NCBI GenBank assembly: GCA_027079305.1
Contig: JALWVU010000030.1
Location: forward strand, 23,922 to 47,921
Direction of reading: 5' to 3'
DNA length: 24,000 bases
DNA from: Aquificaceae bacterium
GTDB taxonomy: Bacteria; Aquificota; Aquificia; Aquificales; Aquificaceae
The position numbers and the translations under genes were made by a program. Shown piece by piece: positions 1 to 6,539 of this stretch. The notes beneath the pieces were generated by a model that had not been told where the DNA came from, made no database searches, and was given only the letters and a program-made list of their open reading frames with translations. The first letter of the stretch is position 1. Each line of letters begins with the position of its first letter.

Positions 1-2
1 GG

Positions 3-524
3 ACTTCCGTTCCGGAAGGATCCAGAGTTATAGCTGTGGGCGAGAAAACGAAGAAAGCCCTCGAGGAAAAAGGTGTGCAAGTGGATTTTGTTCCAAAGGA
101 GCACTCCGCTGTAGGGTTGCTGAAGGAGCTTCCGGAGGGAAAGGGTGAGCTGGTGCTCATACCCCGTTCGGAGCAGGGGAGGGAGGAACTCCTTAAGGGA
201 CTCCCCGAAAAGGGATACAGGGTCTTTCCCCTGAACGTATACAGGACATCTATAGTTCTTTATCCGGAAGAGAAAATTATGAAAGCCCTGGGAGGAGGAG
301 GTTTTCTCGTCCTCGCCAGTCCGTCCGCGGTCAGAGGTCTTTTTGCAAATCTGCAAAGGAACTTTACAGCCAATCTACTCAAGGGTCTTGTCCTCGTTTC
401 GATTGGCAAAACTACAAAAATGGAGCTGGAAAAGTTCGGCTTCGTTCCGAATATAGTTCCCGTCAGGCCTTTGATGGAAGAGGTTGCGGGTAAAATTCAC
501 GAGTTCTGGCAAGAAAATTGCTAA
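3..524 (+). CDS. hemD: Uroporphyrinogen-III synthase (HemD), C-terminal part; 5' end lies outside the window
   Basis: The frame is open from base 3. The track's M at 36 is an internal GTG. The sequence VIAVGEKTKKALEEKGV...LVLIPRSEQGREEL...FLVLASPSAVRGLF...VSIGKTTKMELEKFG follows the two-lobed HemD pattern, recognised from memory of the family. Confidence 0.7.
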   Translation, partial: TSVPEGSRVIAVGEKTKKALEEKGVQVDFVPKEHSAVGLLKELPEGKGELVLIPRSEQGREELLKGLPEKGYRVFPLNVYRTSIVLYPEEKIMKALGGGGFLVLASPSAVRGLFANLQRNFTANLLKGLVLVSIGKTTKMELEKFGFVPNIVPVRPLMEEVAGKIHEFWQENC

Positions 525-536
525 TATTAGAACGGT

Positions 537-1352
537 ATGAAGCAAAGGACCTTAAAAGATAGGATAGATTTCGAGGGCGTGGGAATACACACTGGGGAGA
601 TATCTAAGATAATTCTGCATCCGGAACCGGAGAACACCGGTATACGCTTCTACAGAGAAGGTGTATACATACCCGCTTCTCCCGAGTTCGTGGTAAACAC
701 TTTCCACTCAACCGATTTGGGGAGTAATGGAGTCGTTGTAAAGACGGTGGAGCACCTGATGGCCACCCTCCATCTCCTCGGCGTCAGCAACCTGACGGTG
801 GAGGTTCAGGGAGGTAGCGAGATTCCCATCCTCGACGGGAGCGGGTATCTATACTACAGAGAACTCAAGAACAGGGTGGTGAAGCAGACGGAGGACGTTC
901 AGATCCTTAACTTAGAAGAGCCCGTGGTAGTGGAAAACGGAGATGCTTACATAAAAGCATTTCCGCACAACTGCTTTGAGATAACCTACGAGGGCGAGTT
1001 TGAGACCTACTTCGGCAGGCAAAGGTTCACCTTCAGGGGCAACGTCAGAGATATAATTCTGGCCAGGACCTTCTGCTTCGAGCACGAGATAGAGTTCATA
1101 AAGAGGAAAGGTCTCGGAAAGGGAGGTAGTCTGGAGAACACGCTCGTGATAGGCAGGGAAGGAGTATACAACGAGGGGGGGCTGAGATATCAGGACGAGC
1201 CCGTAAGGCACAAGGTCTTCGATCTAGTGGGCGATCTTTACCTTCTCGGGATGTCCGTAAGGGGTAAGTTCATCTCATACAAGGGCGGGCACACGCTGAA
1301 CTTCGAGCTTGTGAAGGCCCTCCACAGAAGGCTCGTTTCCTTGGAGGTTTGA
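537..1352 (+). CDS. lpxC: UDP-3-O-acyl-N-acetylglucosamine deacetylase (LpxC)
   Basis: Full-length 271-aa ORF with LpxC hallmarks: RTLKDRIDFEGVGIHTG, VEHLMATLHLLG, EIPILDGSG, HKVFDLVGDLYLLG. Confidence 0.95.
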   Translation: MKQRTLKDRIDFEGVGIHTGEISKIILHPEPENTGIRFYREGVYIPASPEFVVNTFHSTDLGSNGVVVKTVEHLMATLHLLGVSNLTVEVQGGSEIPILDGSGYLYYRELKNRVVKQTEDVQILNLEEPVVVENGDAYIKAFPHNCFEITYEGEFETYFGRQRFTFRGNVRDIILARTFCFEHEIEFIKRKGLGKGGSLENTLVIGREGVYNEGGLRYQDEPVRHKVFDLVGDLYLLGMSVRGKFISYKGGHTLNFELVKALHRRLVSLEV

Positions 1353-1357
1353 AAGGA

Positions 1358-1374
1358 GGCCCCGGGGAGGGGCC
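1358..1374. terminator. GC-rich hairpin between convergent lpxC and the peroxidase gene; possible bidirectional terminator
   Basis: GGCCCC (1358-1363), loop GGGGA, GGGGCC (1369-1374) form a perfect 6-bp GC stem in the 30-nt gap between two stop codons. No clear U-tract on either strand. Confidence 0.35.
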
Positions 1375-1382
1375 CAGAGAAA

Positions 1383-2459
1383 TCATCTTACGGGTTTGGG
1401 AGTCTTGGGTGTGGAGGGAGGAAGAACGGGAACTTCCAGAGCCTCCTTGGGTATCTCGCCTTCGAGGGCTTTGAGGAAGGCTACTATCTTCTTCACCTGA
1501 TCCTTGGTAAGCTCTTTCCCGAGCTGGACCTTGGCCATCACCTGCACCGCATCTTCCAGGTTCCACACGGAGCCGTCGTGGAAGTAGGGGTATGTTCTGG
1601 TTACGTTCCTGAGGGATGGAACTTTGAAGACGTAGAGGTCCTCCTCCTTGTGGGTTACCGCGAACCTGCCCACGTCCATGGGCATGGTGGGCTTTTCTAA
1701 GGTTACATACTCCCTTGTGGCGTTCCAGTAAGCCTCCACTATACCGAACCTGGTGAACATCTTTCCTCCGAGGGCGGGGCCGTTATGACAGCTGGCGCAT
1801 CCCACCTCTATGAAGGTCTTCAGGCCCTCCTTCTCCTCCTTGGTAAGGGCGTTCAGATCACCCTTGAGGAATCTGTCGAACCTGGAGGGTGTCATCAGGG
1901 TTCTCTCGAAGGCGGCTATGGCCTTTGCCACGTTGTCGTAGTTGAGGGGGTTCTTCTCGCCCGGGAAGGCCTCCCTGAAGAGTTTCACATACTCGGGTAT
2001 GGAGCTGAGGCGCTTGACCACCTCCTCGGGAGAGTCCATGGCCATCTCGATGGGGTTGAGGATGGGACCTTTTGCCTGCTCCTCCACGTCCTTAGCCCTG
2101 CCGTCCCAGAACTGGGCCACGTGCAGAGCTGCGTTCAGCGTTGTGGGGGCGTTCCTGGGACCTATCTGCCACCTGTGCCCAACGGAGGTGGGAAGGTTGT
2201 CCACTCCGTAGGTGGCCAGGTTGTGGCAGGTGTTGCAGGATATGAGCCCGCTCTTGGAGAGCCTGGGATCGTAGTAGAGCATCTTCCCCAGCTTGACCTT
2301 GGCGGGTGTTACAGGATTCTCCTTGCTTTCAGCTACCTTGGGAAGGGGCCGGAAATACTTCCTCGCCTCCTCGAGGAGCTTCATGTCCTCCGACTTGCCC
2401 GCGCTCATCAGGAGCGCACCGCCGACAGCCACCGCCACCACCGCTACCGCTTTTCTCAT
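1383..2459 (-). CDS. ccp: Di-haem cytochrome c peroxidase (CCP/MauG family), secreted
   Basis: Two CxxCH haem motifs (CNTCHN, CASCHNG) and family-typical PRNAPT and FWDGRA motifs. The start is moved to ATG 2459 (MRKAVAVVAVAVGGALLMSA signal peptide), preceded by GGAGGTGA. The track start at 2498 adds 13 unlikely residues. Confidence 0.9.
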   Translation of the reverse strand: MRKAVAVVAVAVGGALLMSAGKSEDMKLLEEARKYFRPLPKVAESKENPVTPAKVKLGKMLYYDPRLSKSGLISCNTCHNLATYGVDNLPTSVGHRWQIGPRNAPTTLNAALHVAQFWDGRAKDVEEQAKGPILNPIEMAMDSPEEVVKRLSSIPEYVKLFREAFPGEKNPLNYDNVAKAIAAFERTLMTPSRFDRFLKGDLNALTKEEKEGLKTFIEVGCASCHNGPALGGKMFTRFGIVEAYWNATREYVTLEKPTMPMDVGRFAVTHKEEDLYVFKVPSLRNVTRTYPYFHDGSVWNLEDAVQVMAKVQLGKELTKDQVKKIVAFLKALEGEIPKEALEVPVLPPSTPKTPKPVR

Positions 2460-2485
2460 CTCTCTCACCTCCTGTATGTTATTAA

Positions 2486-2538
2486 ATTGCAATATCATTA
2501 TATACTAATTTGCAAATAATTCGCAAGTAATTCGGTTT
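2486..2538. promoter_or_regulatory. AT-rich divergent control region with TTGCAA-type palindromes and three tandem 11-bp units
   Basis: ATTGCAAT (2486-2493) and ATTTGCAAAT (2508-2517) are perfect palindromes. TAATTTGCAAA / TAATTCGCAAG / TAATTCGGTTT (2506-2538) repeat head to tail with an 11-bp period. The region lies between the divergent ccp and ATPase starts. Confidence 0.3.
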
Positions 2539-2559
2539 TCACTATTTTAAAATATCCTC

Positions 2560-3741
2560 ATGCGGATCATACTCTTCTCCGGAAAGGGGGGCGTCGGAAA
2601 GACCACCATATCCGCCGCGACGGGATACAGGCTCTCGGAGCTGGGATACAGAACCATAGTGGTCTCTTTAGATCCTGCCCACTCCCTCGCGGACGCCTTC
2701 GACCTTCCCGAGGAGGAGAGACGCAGTGCAAAGGGACTTCCCGTGAAGATAAACGAGAGACTCCACATCCAGGAGATAGACATCCAGGAGGAAATAGACA
2801 GATACTGGGGAGACGTGTACAGGTTCCTGGAGATTCTCTTCAACACGACGGGGCTGGACGAGGTCCTCGCGGAGGAGCTGGCCATACTCCCTGGGATGGA
2901 GGAGGTCACGAGCCTCCTCTACGTGAACAAATACTACAGGGAGAAGGATTACGACGTTCTCGTTCTCGACCTCCCTCCCACGGGGGAGTCCCTGAGGTTC
3001 GTCTCCATGCCCACCGTCCTAAAGTGGTATATGAAGAAGATATTCAAGACGGAGCGCCTCGTGATGAAGGTGGCAAGACCCGTGGTGGGGAGGATCTCGG
3101 ACGTCCCCCTCCCCGACGAGTCCTACTTCAAGGCTCTGGAGAACTTCTACGAGAAGCTAAAGGGCGTGGACGAGATCCTCATAGATCCGGAGATAACCTC
3201 CGTAAGGCTCGTCTCCAATCCCGAGAAGATGGTGCTCAAAGAGAGCCAGAGGGCTTTCATGTACTTCAACCTCTTCGGGGTTAACGTGGACGCGGTCATA
3301 GTGAACAAGGTGATACCTCCCGAGGCGGGCGACTGCTCCTATCTCAGGAGCTGGATAGAGATCCAGAAGGGTTACGTGTCCGAGATAGAGAGCTACTTCT
3401 CGCCAGTTCCCGTCTTCAAGGTTCCCCTCCTTAAGGAGGAGGTCTTCGGTATCGAGAGGCTCAGGCTCCTTTCGGAGGTGATCTACGGAGAGAGGGATCC
3501 TTCCGAGGTCTTCTTCAGGGAGAGGCCCTACGAATTCATTCAGGAAGGGGAAGGGTATGTGATAAAGATAAGGGCGCCCTTTGTGAATAAGGAGAGCGTC
3601 TCCCTCCTGAAGGGTGAGGACGAGATAGTGGTGAGGGTGGGGAACTTCAAGAGCCACATAATGCTCCCGAGGAAGCTGAGGAACCTCGAGCCCGAGGGTG
3701 CGAGGATAGAGGGGGGATACATCTACGTCCGCCTAAGCTGA
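2560..3741 (+). CDS. ArsA/Get3-family P-loop ATPase (single ATPase domain) with a C-terminal HSP20/alpha-crystallin-like domain
   Basis: Deviant Walker A FSGKGGVGKTT and LDPAHSL. An LDLPPTGESLRF segment sits where ArsA has DTAPTGHTLRLL. The C-terminal ~75 aa (YVIKIRAPFVNKESVSLLKGEDEIVVRVGNFKSHIMLPRKL...ARIEGGYIYVRL) follow the small-HSP beta-sandwich pattern. Confidence 0.85.
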   Translation: MRIILFSGKGGVGKTTISAATGYRLSELGYRTIVVSLDPAHSLADAFDLPEEERRSAKGLPVKINERLHIQEIDIQEEIDRYWGDVYRFLEILFNTTGLDEVLAEELAILPGMEEVTSLLYVNKYYREKDYDVLVLDLPPTGESLRFVSMPTVLKWYMKKIFKTERLVMKVARPVVGRISDVPLPDESYFKALENFYEKLKGVDEILIDPEITSVRLVSNPEKMVLKESQRAFMYFNLFGVNVDAVIVNKVIPPEAGDCSYLRSWIEIQKGYVSEIESYFSPVPVFKVPLLKEEVFGIERLRLLSEVIYGERDPSEVFFRERPYEFIQEGEGYVIKIRAPFVNKESVSLLKGEDEIVVRVGNFKSHIMLPRKLRNLEPEGARIEGGYIYVRLS

Positions 3742-5442
3742 GAACTCCCTTATGGCCCTGCCTATGTCCGTCCTCGCTATTATCCCAACGAGCCTTCTGC
3801 TTCCCTTCTTGTCTACGACGGGTAGGCGTCCCACGCCCTTGGAGGTCATAAGCCTGAAGGCCTCCGCGAGGGTGGTCTCCGGGGTAACGGTGAGGAGATC
3901 GGTGCTCATGACCTCGTGAACCTTCCTGTCCTTTCTCTCGTGAGGAGGAACAGCCATCACGTCGCTCTTGGTTATTATCCCCACCAGCTTGCCTCCGTTC
4001 ACAACGGGCAGGCCCCCTATAAGGTTGTCCATCATCAATCTGTAGGCCTCCTCCACCGAGTCGTAGGGCCTGACGGTTATGGGCTCGCCCATGTAGTCTT
4101 TGACCTTCAGCTTCTCGAGGATCATAAGGCCCCACTCCTCCATGTGGGCGGGAGAGTCGAGACGGGTGTCCACCTGGCTGGGGAAGACACTTCTCTTACC
4201 GCTCAGGAAGTAGGAAATGGAGACGGAGACCATCGCGGGGACAAGAAGCTCGTAGCCTCCCGTCATCTCCGCTATGAGGATAAGGGTGGAGAGGGGAGCC
4301 TTGGCCGCCCCCGCAAAGAGGGAGACCATCCCCACTATGGTGAAGGAGGGCACGTGAAGGGAGAGGGAGTGGTGCTGATTCAGGGTCATGCTGTAGGCCG
4401 CTCCCACGAGCCCGCCTATCATCACCGAGGGACCGAAAACTCCTCCCGAGCCCCCCGATCCGAGGGTGAAGGAGACTCCCAGCATGACCGCAACTGCGCC
4501 GAGAACTATGAAGCCAAGATCCGTGAGCTTACCGTCCATTATGAGCTGGAGCCAGCCGTAGCCGTTCCCGATGGAAATGGGGATAAAGGCTCCCACGAGT
4601 CCGGCCAGAAAGCCTCCGAGGGCCGGCTTTATGTACTGGGGAACTCTGGGCTTTTTGAACTCCTCCTGCACCTTGAAGAAGAGGAAGGTGAAGACTCGGA
4701 CAACGAGGGCGCAGAGGAGGCCGAGCCCTGCGTAGGCCAGGAGGGAGGCAGGCTGGAGGTTCAAGAGCTTGGGTATCTCCGCGGAGAATATGGGCTGGAA
4801 GCCGAAGAACATTCCGAAGACGCTGTAGGAGGTAACGGAAGCTATGAAACCCGGGATCAGGGCTTCTATCTCGAAGTCCCTTTTGAAGAACACCTCCGCG
4901 CTGATTATGGCTCCCGCGAGGGGTGCCTTGAATATGGCCGCTATCCCCGCACCGAGGCCCACCGCGAGGGCGGTCCTCCTCTCCCTCCGGTCGAGTCTGA
5001 AGAGTTCTCCCACGGTCGAGCCTATCCCGGCACCTATGAGGGCTATGGGCCCTTCCCTTCCCGATGTTCCCCCCGTTCCTATGGTTATGGCGGAGGTTAT
5101 GAGCTTCACTATGGAGGATTTTATCGAGAGCTTATCCTTGCTGTGGTAAGCCCTTATGGCTGAGTCCGTCCCGACTCCCGCGGATTCGGGGGAGAGGAGG
5201 TATGTGAGAAGCCCTGAGATAAGTCCGCCGAGGGCAACGGTCAGGGGAAGGAGGTAGGGCCTCTCCGGGTAAAAGGTGAAGTTCTCCCTCGTGCCCTCCC
5301 CCGCGGGAAGGGGCTGGACGTATCCCACCGCAAGCTCCAGGACGTAGCGGGTTATTAGCTCTATGGCGTGGACGAAGAGGACAGCGGAGATTCCCGTGAG
5401 GACTCCTATGAGGATGGGCAGGAGGAGGTATCTTTTGAACAT
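3733..5442 (-). CDS. ClC-family chloride channel / H+-Cl- antiporter with a C-terminal CBS pair
   Basis: Selectivity-filter motifs GTSGREGP and GGVFGPS in a multi-TM hydrophobic body, plus two CBS-like repeats at the C-terminus (VRPYDSVEEAYRLM...GGLPVV, VTPETTLAEAFRLM...GRLPVV). The 3' end overlaps the ATPase gene by 9 nt. Confidence 0.92.
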   Translation of the reverse strand: MFKRYLLLPILIGVLTGISAVLFVHAIELITRYVLELAVGYVQPLPAGEGTRENFTFYPERPYLLPLTVALGGLISGLLTYLLSPESAGVGTDSAIRAYHSKDKLSIKSSIVKLITSAITIGTGGTSGREGPIALIGAGIGSTVGELFRLDRRERRTALAVGLGAGIAAIFKAPLAGAIISAEVFFKRDFEIEALIPGFIASVTSYSVFGMFFGFQPIFSAEIPKLLNLQPASLLAYAGLGLLCALVVRVFTFLFFKVQEEFKKPRVPQYIKPALGGFLAGLVGAFIPISIGNGYGWLQLIMDGKLTDLGFIVLGAVAVMLGVSFTLGSGGSGGVFGPSVMIGGLVGAAYSMTLNQHHSLSLHVPSFTIVGMVSLFAGAAKAPLSTLILIAEMTGGYELLVPAMVSVSISYFLSGKRSVFPSQVDTRLDSPAHMEEWGLMILEKLKVKDYMGEPITVRPYDSVEEAYRLMMDNLIGGLPVVNGGKLVGIITKSDVMAVPPHERKDRKVHEVMSTDLLTVTPETTLAEAFRLMTSKGVGRLPVVDKKGSRRLVGIIARTDIGRAIREFSA

Positions 5443-5460
5443 AAGTTAGAATTTTAACGG

Positions 5461-6531
5461 ATGCTGGAGATAGACGGCTCTCACGGAGAAGGCGGGGGCC
5501 AGGTGGTCAGAACCTGTCTGTTCCTCAGCACCGTTCTGAAGATCCCCGCGAGGATAAAGAATGTGAGGGTAAAGAGGGAGAGGCCCGGCCTCAGGAGACA
5601 GCACCTTCACATAATCAGGCTTCTCAAAAAGCTCGCCTCCGCGGAGGTCGAGGGGGACACCTTGGGCTCTACGGAGCTTACCTACGTTCCCGGTGAGCTG
5701 AGGCCGGGGAGCTACAGCGTTGACTTCGGAAGCGCGGGATCTATAAGCCTCTTCCTCCAGGCGGTTCTCCCCGTTTCCCTCTTCGTTCCCGGAAAGGTTG
5801 AGATAGAGATAGTGGGAGGGACGGAGGTTCCCATGAGTCCCACCGTAGACTGGGTCAGGTTCGTCTACCTTCCCCATATATCGGGGGTTGCCAGGTTCGT
5901 GAGGATAGAGGTGGTCAGAAGGGGCTACCGTCCCGCAGGAGGAGGTCTTGTAAGACTCACCGCGGAAGGCGGTCCTTCCGAAGAACTAAAGGATTTAAAA
6001 TCGGTGAGGGAGTTTTTAAAAGGGAGGCTAAGCCTTTTTAAAAGGAGGAGGGGGGAGATTAAAAGGCTCCACCTCCTCTCGGTGGCGGAGGAGAGGCTGA
6101 GGGAGAGGAGGGTTGTGGAGAGGCAGGTCAAAGGCGCTCTCGATCTCCTGAGGGAAAAGGGTCTTCCCGAGCCGGAGGTCTACAGGCAGTACGTGAAGAG
6201 CTTCTCCATAGGGACGAGCGTGACCATGTGGCTCGAGGACACGGAGGGGAACATAATGGGTGCGGACAGTCTGGGCGAGAAGGGAAAGCCCGCGGAGACC
6301 GTCGGAGGCGAGTGTGCCCAGAAGCTCTGGGAGGACTGGAGCTCTGGGGCGACGGTGGACAGACACCTGGCGGACCACCTCGTTCCCTGGCTGGGTCTTG
6401 CGGGAGGTTCTGTCAGGGTTCCCCTCTTTACGGGACATTTAGAGACGAACATCTGGGTCTGCGAGAGATTCCTGGGCGATGGGACCTTCAGGGTGGTGAG
6501 GGAGGAGGGGATCGTGGAGGCTGTGGTATAA
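5461..6531 (+). CDS. rtcA: RNA 3'-terminal phosphate cyclase (RtcA)
   Basis: N-terminal [31 protein letters not shown] and C-terminal [13 protein letters not shown] are characteristic of RtcA. The length of 356 aa fits. Confidence 0.92.
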   Translation: MLEIDGSHGEGGGQVVRTCLFLSTVLKIPARIKNVRVKRERPGLRRQHLHIIRLLKKLASAEVEGDTLGSTELTYVPGELRPGSYSVDFGSAGSISLFLQAVLPVSLFVPGKVEIEIVGGTEVPMSPTVDWVRFVYLPHISGVARFVRIEVVRRGYRPAGGGLVRLTAEGGPSEELKDLKSVREFLKGRLSLFKRRRGEIKRLHLLSVAEERLRERRVVERQVKGALDLLREKGLPEPEVYRQYVKSFSIGTSVTMWLEDTEGNIMGADSLGEKGKPAETVGGECAQKLWEDWSSGATVDRHLADHLVPWLGLAGGSVRVPLFTGHLETNIWVCERFLGDGTFRVVREEGIVEAVV

Positions 6532-6539
6532 TCTGGTAA

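Noticed and set aside
2491-2506. AATATCATTATATAC as a Fur/PerR box upstream of the peroxidase gene
   Set aside because: It has only a loose resemblance to the 7-1-7 TGATAATNATTATCA-type consensus in an AT-rich region, which is not enough matches to call by eye. The more regular TTGCAA repeats are reported instead.
1785-2519. 244-aa + strand ORF (and 1942..2211, 2293..2508) opposite the cytochrome c peroxidase gene; also 1270..1566 on the minus strand
   Set aside because: These are shadow ORFs. The peroxidase frame has two CxxCH motifs and a signal peptide. ORF 1270..1566 overlaps both the lpxC 3' end and the ccp 3' end out of frame.
3916-5163. 415-aa + strand ORF (and the nested 4844..5149 ORF) opposite the ClC channel gene
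   Set aside because: It lies entirely antisense to a gene with clear ClC motifs. Its translation is low-complexity and rich in G/R/H/E/Y, with no recognisable domain. This is typical of shadow ORFs in purine-skewed, GC-rich coding DNA.
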